NCBI RefSeq assembly: GCF_000757865.1
Contig: NZ_CP007754.1
Location: 810,001 to 842,000, forward strand
Length of the DNA stretch: 32,000 nt
Origin: Prochlorococcus sp. MIT 0801
Lineage (GTDB): Bacteria; Cyanobacteriota; Cyanobacteriia; PCC-6307; Cyanobiaceae
Reading direction: 5' to 3'
How positions within the stretch are numbered: position 1 is the first letter of the stretch; the number at the start of each line of letters is the position of its first letter. Of this stretch, positions 9,806 to 18,405 are shown piece after piece. The notes under the pieces were generated by a model. The model was not told where the DNA came from. It saw nothing but the letters and a program-made list of their open reading frames with translations, and searched no databases. The position numbers and the translations under genes are program-made.

Positions 9806-10909
9806 ATGACCGCAACAGCTTCTTCACCAAAACTAAGAGTTGATACACGCGGAACAAATGAATTGCCGCCTCATTTAGATGAAAACCTTTTAACCCCTCG
9901 TTTTTACGTAACTGAATTTAAAAAAGCAGCTAAGACAGAATTAACTGATGCCCGCGAAGAGTTTGAAGCAATGCTTTCAGAAATGAAAGCAGACTATAAC
10001 TGTACTCATTTTGATAGAAAGGCAAGTCTAGATAGATTGCAAGAATTGCCTCAGAAGGCTAAAGAGACTTACGAGAGTTATTTAGTTAGATCAGTTATCT
10101 CAGAGTTTTCTGGATTCCTGCTATTTAAAGAGATTTCAAATCGTTTAAAGAAAGAGGGAAATAGGGATCTTGGAAAACTATTTCAGTTCTTAGCTAGAGA
10201 CGAAGCTAGACATGCAGGCTTTCTAAGCAGAGCATTAGTTGCAGAGGGTATTGAAGTTGATCTTCCTCATTTAGGAGGGAAAAGGGCAGCTACTTGGTTC
10301 CCCATTAGTTGGGTTATTTATTCTGTGTATCTCTCAGAAAAGATTGGTTATTGGAGATATATCTTGATGGATAGGCACCTTAAGGCTAATCCAGATCAGG
10401 CTTTTGCTCCTCTTTTTGATTTCTTTGAGCCATGGTGTCAAGACGAGAACAGACATGGCGATTGCTTTACAGTAATGATGAGATGTTGGCCTGGAATTAC
10501 CAAAGGATTTAGAGGTAAGTTATTAAGTCGTTTCTTCTTGTGGAGCGTTTTCCTTACTCACACTTTGACAGTTTGCGAAAGAGGCGAGTTTTATGAATTA
10601 CTTGGTATTGATCCAAAGGAATTTGATGAGGAAGTGATAAAAAGAACAAACCACACATCTAAAAATGCCTTCCCTTGGGTTTTTAATCTTGATGACAATA
10701 AGTTTTGGGATTTGAGAAACAAAATTATCGAATCTTTCAGAGCTTTTGTAGGTGCTAAAGGTTTAACAAAGCCAGTTAAATTTGTGAAATTCGCTACTTT
10801 GATTTTTAAGCAATTTGCACTCCCAATGGAGAAGACAAATGCATTGAGATATGATAAAAACGTGAATTTTACAGGTCAGGATATTTTGAATTTTTGGACA
10901 GATAAATAA
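9806..10909 (+). CDS. acsF: Mg-protoporphyrin IX monomethyl ester (oxidative) cyclase
   Basis: 367 aa. It has LTPRFYVTEF, EFSGFLLFKE and di-iron carboxylate motifs (ARDEARHAGF, QDENRHGD). Confidence 0.93.
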   Translation: MTATASSPKLRVDTRGTNELPPHLDENLLTPRFYVTEFKKAAKTELTDAREEFEAMLSEMKADYNCTHFDRKASLDRLQELPQKAKETYESYLVRSVISEFSGFLLFKEISNRLKKEGNRDLGKLFQFLARDEARHAGFLSRALVAEGIEVDLPHLGGKRAATWFPISWVIYSVYLSEKIGYWRYILMDRHLKANPDQAFAPLFDFFEPWCQDENRHGDCFTVMMRCWPGITKGFRGKLLSRFFLWSVFLTHTLTVCERGEFYELLGIDPKEFDEEVIKRTNHTSKNAFPWVFNLDDNKFWDLRNKIIESFRAFVGAKGLTKPVKFVKFATLIFKQFALPMEKTNALRYDKNVNFTGQDILNFWTDK

Positions 10910-10924
10910 GACTATTTGGATAAA

Positions 10925-11311
10925 TTAAATATCAAAAGGATTACCAGCTTGTGTGTCTAATCCTTTAAAATATTTTCCAAATTGTGCGTTATATACTTCG
11001 TCCTCATCTTGAGTCTCGCATTCCAATGGTCCAATAGCTTTTGAAACACATAACAATCCGTATCCCTTGTCCCTCATCTCTTTAGATAGACCAATACAAG
11101 CTTGTTGATCCATTTGTCCTGAAATTATTTTAACTGCGCACTCAGAACAACATCCATTTCTGCAGGAGAATGGCAATGTGTCTCCAATAATTTGTCCATT
11201 TTCATCTTTTGATTCAAAATTTCTCAATATATACTCACCTTCAGGTACATCAAAGGTATATGTTTTTCCCTCCTGTTTATGATGAATAGTTATCTGGTGA
11301 ATTGGTTTCAT
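10925..11311 (-). CDS. Plant-type [2Fe-2S] ferredoxin with C-terminal extension
   Basis: 128 aa. The cluster ligand pattern is C-x4-C-x2-C (SCRNGCCSEC) plus a distal Cys in GLLCVS. About 30 residues extend beyond the usual ferredoxin end. Confidence 0.85.
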   Translation of the reverse strand: MKPIHQITIHHKQEGKTYTFDVPEGEYILRNFESKDENGQIIGDTLPFSCRNGCCSECAVKIISGQMDQQACIGLSKEMRDKGYGLLCVSKAIGPLECETQDEDEVYNAQFGKYFKGLDTQAGNPFDI

Positions 11312-11318
11312 TGAATAT

Positions 11319-11654
11319 CTATTTCGGCGGTGTTATATCTCTTCTTTCTGGAGGTTCAGGGGGCTGACTTGCATGTTGCCAAAGCTCTTCAATATCTAAT
11401 GTTTTAGTTAACCTTTCCCCACCAAATCGAAGTTTTAACCAAGCAATCGTTGTTGAATCTTCCGCTATAACAGCTTCATAGCCTTCTTCTTCAGTGATTT
11501 TGAATTTATTAACTAATAAAGAATTTAAGAACCACATAGGATAGTCCGCACCTTTGCGACTCCTTCTCTCATGAAAGGATTCTCTTAATTGTCCATTACC
11601 CTGTAATTGACCTTCTGGGGCTAGAAGAACATTTAGGGTTTTGGTCTCCGACAT
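11319..11654 (-). CDS. Conserved hypothetical protein, 111 aa; weak resemblance to the Ycf54/DUF2488 fold (unverified)
   Basis: Clean ORF ending 7 nt upstream of the ferredoxin start. The segments NVLLAP, HERRSR, MWFL and IAWLKLRF loosely parallel the Ycf54 blocks (YYVLAS, KERRR, DFW, IVWVKLRL) as I recall them. The C-terminal tail is Pro-rich. Confidence 0.55.
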   Translation of the reverse strand: MSETKTLNVLLAPEGQLQGNGQLRESFHERRSRKGADYPMWFLNSLLVNKFKITEEEGYEAVIAEDSTTIAWLKLRFGGERLTKTLDIEELWQHASQPPEPPERRDITPPK

Positions 11655-11853
11655 TATTTAAGAATCAAAAATGGTCTTGATCTTAGGCGTGATATTTCCT
11701 AGGACCTTAATCAAATAACTTTAGTAAAAGGAATTACGTAGACGGAAATTGTTTGATAGATCTTCACAAGATTTTCTTGATTATCTGTAAGTAATATTCC
11801 TAATTATTTAAAAGGTCTATATATAAGGCTTTTCTAAATTGATAATTAATTAT

Positions 11854-12072
11854 TTAAGCCTCTTTTTTGGGTGCCTCAGCTTTTGCTTTTAGAGCCTCAG
11901 CTTCTGCTGCTTTCTTAGCTTCTTCAAAATCAATTCTGTTTTGTAGTTGTCCTGAAGCTCTCATCCAATCATTAACACTAGCTTCCTTGCCAGCGGCTTC
12001 ACATTCCTCTTGATACTTCAAGAATGGATACCAATGATGAGTTGCATTCTTGGAATCTGTAAAATTAGTCAA
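11854..12072 (-). CDS. Hypothetical 72-aa protein with an Ala/Lys/Glu-rich tail
   Basis: Track ORF. An in-frame TGA lies 4 codons upstream, so TTG at 12072 is the first canonical start. The next ATG is at residue 37. Confidence 0.4.
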   Translation of the reverse strand: MTNFTDSKNATHHWYPFLKYQEECEAAGKEASVNDWMRASGQLQNRIDFEEAKKAAEAEALKAKAEAPKKEA

Positions 12073-12208
12073 TTTCTTAAGTATTCAATGAGTTAATTAT
12101 CGCATCATATTTTGTTCTTTTGGCAGCATATTAATTTTTTATAGTAATAGTTCAAACCTTTGTTGTACTTATTACTCTTAATTCGTTTTGAATAGAAATC
12201 TGATTTTA

Positions 12209-13072
12209 ATGAAACTAGCTTTTATTGGTCTTGGCGCTATCGGGAAGCCTATGTCTGAGCGTCTTATTGATAATGGATATGATTTGAATATATATAAGAG
12301 AGATAAACTAAAGAATAATGATCAAAAAAAATATTTTGTTGACCCTATAGAGGCTGTTACTGACTGCGATGGACTCTTGATTTGCGTTACTGATGATAAT
12401 GCGGTTGAATCTGTTCTATTTGGTGATAATGGAGTAGCAGACTCACTAAAGCCTAAATCTTTTGTGATTGATTTCTCTACAATAAGTCCTAATAAATCAA
12501 TCTCTATACATAAGAGATTGTCCAAAAAAAATATCTTTTATGTTGACTGTCCAGTTTCAGGGGGGACAGAGGGAGCTCATAAAGGTACACTGTCTTTGTT
12601 TATTGGTGCAAGCAAAAAAGAGTGTTTATCTTTTGAACATATATTTGAAGTCCTAGGCAAATCAATTAATTACTTTAATGGCGTAGGTAAAGGTCAACAA
12701 GTCAAAGCTCTTAATCAAATATTAGTCGCAGGGACATATGCAGCAGTAGCCGAGGCAATGGAATTAGGGAAATTGCTTGATTTGCCCATGGATAATGTGG
12801 TTGCTGCTTTAAAAGTTGGAGCAGCTAATTCATGGCCATTAGAAAATAGATCAAAAGCTATGTTGATTGATAAACATCCCTTGGGATTCAAATTAGAGTT
12901 GCATCATAAGGATTTAACTATTGCTATTGATCTGGCTAAATCTATAAATATTGATTTACCCATAGCTTCTAAAGTAAAAGAGATTGAGCAAAGATTAATG
13001 CAGGCTGGGTTAGGTGAATTAGATGTTTCGGTACTGCATAGATACATCTCTGGAGCAAAAAAAGAAGGCTAG
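12209..13072 (+). CDS. NAD(P)-dependent beta-hydroxyacid dehydrogenase (3-hydroxyisobutyrate / 6-phosphogluconate dehydrogenase-like family)
   Basis: Rossmann motif MKLAFIGLGAIGKPM at the ATG at 12209. The track TTG start at 12188 adds 7 residues ahead of this motif. DCPVSGG and the GxGQxxKxxNQ block fit the HIBADH family. Confidence 0.8.
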   Translation: MKLAFIGLGAIGKPMSERLIDNGYDLNIYKRDKLKNNDQKKYFVDPIEAVTDCDGLLICVTDDNAVESVLFGDNGVADSLKPKSFVIDFSTISPNKSISIHKRLSKKNIFYVDCPVSGGTEGAHKGTLSLFIGASKKECLSFEHIFEVLGKSINYFNGVGKGQQVKALNQILVAGTYAAVAEAMELGKLLDLPMDNVVAALKVGAANSWPLENRSKAMLIDKHPLGFKLELHHKDLTIAIDLAKSINIDLPIASKVKEIEQRLMQAGLGELDVSVLHRYISGAKKEG

Positions 13073-13170
13073 AATTACTGCTAATATTAGATTTATATAA
13101 CTCATTTGTTTACAAATTGATAACTATATGCTAAGTTAAAAAAAAAGCTAAAAATTATTTAGGTTAAGTT

Positions 13171-13299
13171 ATGAAGCTAGGAAAGCAACATGCAAAATTA
13201 ATAAAGTTACAAAGCAAAGCTGAGTCTTGTCTTTCTCGCGATGAGGCAAAGAAGATTATACGTAAAGCCGAAAAAACTCAAATGAAAATTTCTAGCTAA
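13171..13299 (+). CDS. Small hypothetical basic protein, 42 aa (below the track cutoff)
   Basis: Manual translation gives MKLGKQHAKLIKLQSKAESCLSRDEAKKIIRKAEKTQMKISS*. It has an ATG start and overlaps the convergent ORF end by 4 nt. Confidence 0.25.
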   Translation: MKLGKQHAKLIKLQSKAESCLSRDEAKKIIRKAEKTQMKISS

Positions 13300-13694
13300 T
13301 TTTTATTTTTTAGGTTGTTGAATATTATTCCGTCATGTTTTTTAAATTCAATACTCCAAAGATTTGAACATATTGATTTTAATTTTTCTAATAAAGTATC
13401 TGTATCTCCACTATTAATCCAATTTGATTTAATTACTGGAATATTATTATGCATACTTTCAAAACTAATTTCTGCTAGTAATAATCCAGTTTCATCGTTT
13501 GATATTTTAAGACTACCTTCAGTAGTTCTTTGAAATATCCTTAGTAATAAATCAAGTATTATCTTTTCGACTTCTTTTTTAGACGATTGACTTAAAGTAT
13601 CAACTCCAGAAAAAGTCTTTCCTCCAAGAGGCATTAATCTTTTATTATTTTGCTCTGCAAGAGCTATCGCTATTACATATTTTTGTTCATCCAT
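13296..13694 (-). CDS. Hypothetical protein, 132 aa
   Basis: Track ORF that does not overlap any better gene. No motif recognised. Confidence 0.5.
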   Translation of the reverse strand: MDEQKYVIAIALAEQNNKRLMPLGGKTFSGVDTLSQSSKKEVEKIILDLLLRIFQRTTEGSLKISNDETGLLLAEISFESMHNNIPVIKSNWINSGDTDTLLEKLKSICSNLWSIEFKKHDGIIFNNLKNKN

Positions 13695-13789
13695 TATTTT
13701 TAAAAACCTATAGATTTTTAACTACTTTGATTTTATCGACTATGTAGGCAAAAATGTTTTATCTTAATGTTGAAGCATTTGAAAATTAA

Positions 13790-14788
13790 TTGCACAATAA
13801 TCCTAGTGACTTGATCGTTGTAGATCAGCTGAGTAAATATTATCGAGTTGCAAACAAACAGCCTGGGTTTAAGGGTACTCTTAAACATTTTTTCGACCGA
13901 AAGACTTATGACGTCCCTGCCGTTACTGATATTAGTTTTAAAATCTCACCGGGAGAGGTAGTCGGATTTCTTGGGGCTAATGGAGCTGGTAAGACCACAT
14001 TATTGAAAATGATGTGTGGTCTTATTCATCCATCGACAGGGTTAGTTGATGTTGGTGGTTTCTCTCCTCAAAGAAGGCAAACGGCTTTTCTTAAGGAGAT
14101 AACTTTGGTTATGGGGCAAAAGCAGCAGTTGATTTGGGACCTTCCTCCCATGGACTCTTTGTATGTAAACGCAGCTGTATATGGTTTGTCTGACCACGAA
14201 GCAAAAGTAAGAATTAATGAACTGGCAGAAATGCTTGAATTAGGAGAAGAACTCACAAGACCTGTAAGAAAGTTGTCGTTAGGACAACGAATGAAATCTG
14301 AAATTCTTGCTGCCTTATTGCATAAACCATCTGTCCTTTTTTTAGATGAACCTACTCTTGGTCTAGATGTAAATGCTCAAGCTAGAGTTCGTAGTTTTTT
14401 ATCTGAATACAACAAAAGAACTGGAGCGACAATATTGCTGACTAGTCATTACATGGCTGACATAACAGCATTATGTCCAAGAGTTATTTGTATTCATAAA
14501 GGAAAGCTTTTTTATGATGGTGACCTTGATTCCCTAGCTAATTCATTATCTCCCTCAAGAGAGGTAAAAGTTGAATTGAAAAATCCATGTGAAAGTGAAC
14601 AATTTGAAAAATATGGTGAGATTCAAGATTTAAATGATCGTTTTGTATGTTTATTAGTTTCAAGGGACAAATTGACAGATGTAGTAAGTAATCTATTAAC
14701 TGATTTCGATATTATCGATTTAGAGATTAGTGATCCTCCTATTGATCAATTAATTGGAGAATTATTTATTAAAGGTGAAGTCAATTGA
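13790..14788 (+). CDS. ABC transporter ATP-binding protein (ABC-2 type, unknown substrate)
   Basis: Walker A GANGAGKTT, signature LSLGQRM, Walker B LFLDEPT. A TAA lies immediately upstream of TTG 13790 and there is no ATG before residue 73, so the start must be non-ATG. Confidence 0.85.
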   Translation: MHNNPSDLIVVDQLSKYYRVANKQPGFKGTLKHFFDRKTYDVPAVTDISFKISPGEVVGFLGANGAGKTTLLKMMCGLIHPSTGLVDVGGFSPQRRQTAFLKEITLVMGQKQQLIWDLPPMDSLYVNAAVYGLSDHEAKVRINELAEMLELGEELTRPVRKLSLGQRMKSEILAALLHKPSVLFLDEPTLGLDVNAQARVRSFLSEYNKRTGATILLTSHYMADITALCPRVICIHKGKLFYDGDLDSLANSLSPSREVKVELKNPCESEQFEKYGEIQDLNDRFVCLLVSRDKLTDVVSNLLTDFDIIDLEISDPPIDQLIGELFIKGEVN

Positions 14789-15582
14789 GAATATTTGGAT
14801 TGTCTTTCAAGGTTATTAAGACCTTACTTACAACGCAATATGCATACATGTTGGAATATCGCATCGAAATAGCTTTGTGGGCTCTTTCTGGAGTTCTACC
14901 ATTTATTATGTTTTCTCTTTGGAGTCAAAATGATGTTGGCAATTCATTTGGTCTAAATGATATAGGGTTGGCAAGATATTTTTTAAGTGCTTTTCTAGTT
15001 AGGCAATTTTCAGTTGTTTGGGTTGTCTTCTCGTTTGAGGAAGATTCTCTTTCTGGACGATTATCTCCATATTTGCTGCAGCCTTTGCACCCTCTATTTA
15101 GATATGTAGCTTCTCATTTGGCAGAGCAGGCAACAAGACTTCCTTTCGCAATAGCCATAGCTATTACTTTTTTTATATTAAACCCATCATCTTTTTGGCT
15201 TCCCTCACTACCTCAATTGTTTTTTGCGTACTTATCAACTCACTTTGCGTTTACGATTGCTTTTCTGCTTCAAAGTTTAGTCGCTGCACTTTGCTTTTGG
15301 ACTGAAAAATCTAGTGCTCTTGAGAGATTAATATTTGTTCCATATCTTTTTCTCTCTGGTTTATTAGTCCCCTTATCAGCCTTTCCTTCTAACGTTCTAA
15401 AAATAGCAAAGCTAACACCATTTCCCTATCTAATTAATTTTCCAGCAAAGATTTTATCAGGGATGCCAGTTGATATTTTTAACGGCTTTTTAGCTCAGCT
15501 TTTGTGGATCTCAATACTGGTACCTTCTGTAAATATTCTTTGGAAACTTGGTGTAAAAAGATATACAGCAATGGGAGCCTAA
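14785..15582 (+). CDS. ABC-2 family permease (DUF990-like)
   Basis: 265 aa with multiple hydrophobic helices. The TTG start overlaps the ATPase stop (aaTTGA). The first ATG is at residue 22, giving an alternative start at 14848. Confidence 0.7.
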   Translation: MRIFGLSFKVIKTLLTTQYAYMLEYRIEIALWALSGVLPFIMFSLWSQNDVGNSFGLNDIGLARYFLSAFLVRQFSVVWVVFSFEEDSLSGRLSPYLLQPLHPLFRYVASHLAEQATRLPFAIAIAITFFILNPSSFWLPSLPQLFFAYLSTHFAFTIAFLLQSLVAALCFWTEKSSALERLIFVPYLFLSGLLVPLSAFPSNVLKIAKLTPFPYLINFPAKILSGMPVDIFNGFLAQLLWISILVPSVNILWKLGVKRYTAMGA

Positions 15583-15583
15583 T

Positions 15584-16372
15584 ATGCAGCGTTACTTAAA
15601 AACAATCAGATTATTTTGGTCTACAGCATTTGCTTCTCAACTTGAATATCAATTAAATTTTTTGATTGAGTTGCTAGCTATGTTGGGAACTCTTTTGGGA
15701 AGTGTATTTATATTATCCCTTTTTTTTACTGGAGGAAGGCAATTAGGAGATTGGACTTGGGAATCAGCCTTAGTTATTCAGGGTGTTTATACATTTCTTG
15801 ATGGTTTAACGAATGCTCTTTTACGACCAAATTTAACCGAAATCGTTAATTACGTTAGAGAGGGTACTCTCGATTATGTTTTATTAAAACCAATTGATAG
15901 TCAATTTTGGCTATCAGTTAAAAAGTTTTCTTTTGCAGGATTGCCTGAAATTATTTTAGGACTTTCAATTGTTTTTTGGGCAGCTATCCAATCAGGTTCA
16001 ACTTTTTCAATTTACTCATTATTTGTATTCATTATTTCCTTATTGATTGGTTTTATTATTCTTTATTCTGTTTGGTTTCTAATTGCTGCATCAAGTATTT
16101 GGTTTGTTAAGACATGGAATGCTACAGAAGTTCTTAGAGCTTTGTTAGCTGCAGGTAGATACCCTATTTCAGCTTATCCTGTGATTTTGAGATTTATATT
16201 TACTTTGGTTTTACCTGTAGCTTTTTTAACCACTTTTCCTGCTGAGGCAATTCTTGGAGAACTAAAATTTAATATTTTATTTTTTGGCCTAATATTAAGT
16301 AGTTTATTTTTTATTTTTAGCAGACTCTTCTGGAAATTTGCTCTTAAACATTATACTTCTGCCTCAAGTTAA
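15584..16372 (+). CDS. ABC-2 family permease (second subunit)
   Basis: 262 aa with multiple hydrophobic helices. The ATG lies 1 nt after the preceding stop. Confidence 0.7.
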   Translation: MQRYLKTIRLFWSTAFASQLEYQLNFLIELLAMLGTLLGSVFILSLFFTGGRQLGDWTWESALVIQGVYTFLDGLTNALLRPNLTEIVNYVREGTLDYVLLKPIDSQFWLSVKKFSFAGLPEIILGLSIVFWAAIQSGSTFSIYSLFVFIISLLIGFIILYSVWFLIAASSIWFVKTWNATEVLRALLAAGRYPISAYPVILRFIFTLVLPVAFLTTFPAEAILGELKFNILFFGLILSSLFFIFSRLFWKFALKHYTSASS

Positions 16373-16429
16373 TTATTTAATTAATTTCATTAACTATTTT
16401 TTATTTTAACGAAATTATAAATTATTAGC

Positions 16430-17743
16430 TTATTGGCCAATACCAAAGAATGAGTTAAATATGAATAATAAACTAAAGACTGAGAGGAATGAAATCCCAA
16501 ACCAGCAAACTGTTTTTAGAACAATTCCATAACGAAATTGACTTTTTACTAATGAGCTATTCATAGTATCCATAGCCATCCAGGCAAACAAAGGAGCTGT
16601 CAGGAAACTACCGGTCATAGCACCGAAGACATAGTCTTTAACTCCAATTCCTCCAGATTTGGCAATAAGAAGTGCACATAGTGATGCAAAAACATGAAAA
16701 ATGATCCATTTTTTGAGACGTTTTTTTTCACTCAAAGTAGAGCTATTTCCCTTGTCTGAGCGAGCTATCAAACCATGAGCTGATGAGATACTCCTGGGGT
16801 ATGCGTCTAGACATGTAAGCGTGGTGCTAAACATTGCAGCAAAAGCTGCAGGTACAATTATCCACTTTGCCCACCCACCAATGGATTCTGTATACAAGCG
16901 GATTAAATTCTGAGCAAAAGTAACTCCTGATCCTGTAAGCATTTCATCTCCAGTGCCATACATTGTGTATGCACCAAGAATTAGAAAGAAAATTGCAGTT
17001 AAAACAGTGATGAAATATCCAAGATTGAAATCGAATTCTGCTTCTTTTAACGTAGCGGTGTGATCCGTGTCTTTGGCTCTTGAAAACATCCATAGTGATG
17101 GCCATATACAAAGCTCCACTGGACCAGGCATCCAACCCATTAGAGGAATTAGAAAACCAAGGTTTGAGAGAGTCCAGGGAGATGGACTGCTATTAAAGAA
17201 TGAAATATTGACATCTCCAGCAGGGCCTTTAATAAGTAAAGATATAACAGCAAAAAATGTTAGTACTGTAAGTAAAAACACAAGAATTTTAGATATCCTA
17301 TCAAGAGCTTTATATTGGCCTATAAATAATATTAATGAACAGACTATTAATATACCTATAGCTAAATCTAGAGGAGGGAAGGATGAAAATATTACTATAT
17401 TTTTTAAAAGGAGACCTGTAACAAAACTAACGGCAGAAATAGTAAAGGTCCCAGTAATCAATCCAACAATTAAATATATAGGCAAATAAAATTTATTACG
17501 TTTTTGAAATCCCTCTAAAAGTGATAATCCAGTAACAGCTGTAAATCTTGTTCCGACAAGTAAAAATGGATATTTAACTAGATTTGTCAATAAAATAAGG
17601 CCAATAAGCGAAAATCCAAATTTAGCTCCAGCTGTAGTCGATGACATTAGATGTGATCCGCCTATGCATGCCGCAGCTAAAAGGATTCCAGGGCCAAGGC
17701 TTTTTCGATAACCGATGGATTTACTCGAGACTATTTTTTCCAT
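16430..17743 (-). CDS. Nramp-fold membrane transporter with a non-canonical metal-site motif
   Basis: 437 aa. The N-terminal block LGPGILLAAACIGGSHLMSSTTAGAKFGFSL aligns with the Nramp TM1 block (LGPxF..A..Y.DPGN.A....GA.fGY.LL). The TM6-like block is LMGWMPGPVEL, where canonical Nramps have MPHN. Confidence 0.75.
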   Translation of the reverse strand: MEKIVSSKSIGYRKSLGPGILLAAACIGGSHLMSSTTAGAKFGFSLIGLILLTNLVKYPFLLVGTRFTAVTGLSLLEGFQKRNKFYLPIYLIVGLITGTFTISAVSFVTGLLLKNIVIFSSFPPLDLAIGILIVCSLILFIGQYKALDRISKILVFLLTVLTFFAVISLLIKGPAGDVNISFFNSSPSPWTLSNLGFLIPLMGWMPGPVELCIWPSLWMFSRAKDTDHTATLKEAEFDFNLGYFITVLTAIFFLILGAYTMYGTGDEMLTGSGVTFAQNLIRLYTESIGGWAKWIIVPAAFAAMFSTTLTCLDAYPRSISSAHGLIARSDKGNSSTLSEKKRLKKWIIFHVFASLCALLIAKSGGIGVKDYVFGAMTGSFLTAPLFAWMAMDTMNSSLVKSQFRYGIVLKTVCWFGISFLSVFSLLFIFNSFFGIGQ

Positions 17744-17891
17744 TGATTTGGGAAGTTATTTTTATTTTTGCAATAAAAATATTTTTTTCAATTTAAGTAC
17801 ATAAAGATTATTATTTTATTTATAGCTATCTTTTTATTAAATTAGCCTATCTCTCTCCTATTTATTGCCTAGCTTTTATAGAATTTAATTA

Positions 17892-18398
17892 ATGACTAAA
17901 TCTGTTAATCTATATTTGGCATCAGGTGTAAGTGAAGGTGTTGGTTTTTGGGTTATTAACTTTACAGAGGAGGATAATATTTTTAATTCTCATAGTAGTA
18001 AATTACTCGAGTGCTATAGAAAAGAATTATTTGGTCTTGACGGGGCAATTGAGGTTAAGGCTGCAATTAATACAACATTAGATATCCTTTGTTTAGATTC
18101 AAAATATGATCAATATAAATTAGATAATTACAATACAGGTTATTCTTCCGAGATTCCTATTAACCTCATTGAGGATATCTTTGATCTATGGGCATATAAT
18201 TATAGCAATAAACTTCTATGGAAAAAATATATAGGTTTATTAAATTTAAGAAAAAAATTAAAAAAAAATAATAATTATATTAATATAGGATTGAAAGGTG
18301 ATATCTTTGAATTCGCTACTAAATTAGATGGATTATTGAGTTTTAGGCCAGATGATTCGATATTCAGACTAGAGAATTCTAATGATTTAATGTGGTAA
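17892..18398 (+). CDS. Hypothetical protein, 168 aa
   Basis: Track ORF with an ATG start. No motif recognised. Asn/Lys-rich. Confidence 0.45.
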   Translation: MTKSVNLYLASGVSEGVGFWVINFTEEDNIFNSHSSKLLECYRKELFGLDGAIEVKAAINTTLDILCLDSKYDQYKLDNYNTGYSSEIPINLIEDIFDLWAYNYSNKLLWKKYIGLLNLRKKLKKNNNYINIGLKGDIFEFATKLDGLLSFRPDDSIFRLENSNDLMW

Positions 18399-18405
18399 AA
18401 ATTGA

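Noticed and set aside
12144-12157. NtcA-like site GTA-N8-AAC upstream of the dehydrogenase gene
   Set aside because: It has one mismatch to the GTA-N8-TAC consensus, such half-matches are frequent in AT-rich spacers, and the downstream -10 is ambiguous. This is not enough evidence to call a regulatory site.
12322-12525. Track ORF (67 aa, minus strand) inside the dehydrogenase gene
   Set aside because: Antisense shadow ORF.
13315-13533. Track ORF (72 aa, plus strand) opposite ORF 13296..13694
   Set aside because: It overlaps the longer 132-aa minus-strand ORF. The longer frame is preferred, although neither has a recognisable motif, so this choice is less certain than the others.
14068-14256. 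Track ORF (62 aa, minus strand) inside the ABC ATPase gene
   Set aside because: It is antisense to a gene with complete Walker and signature motifs.
16944-17489. Track ORFs 16944..17135 (minus strand, other frame) and 17067..17489 (plus strand, 140 aa) inside the Nramp-like gene
   Set aside because: Both lie wholly within a 437-aa membrane-protein frame that shows family-level similarity. The 140-aa antisense frame is long but has no motif and has the mirrored composition of a hydrophobic gene.
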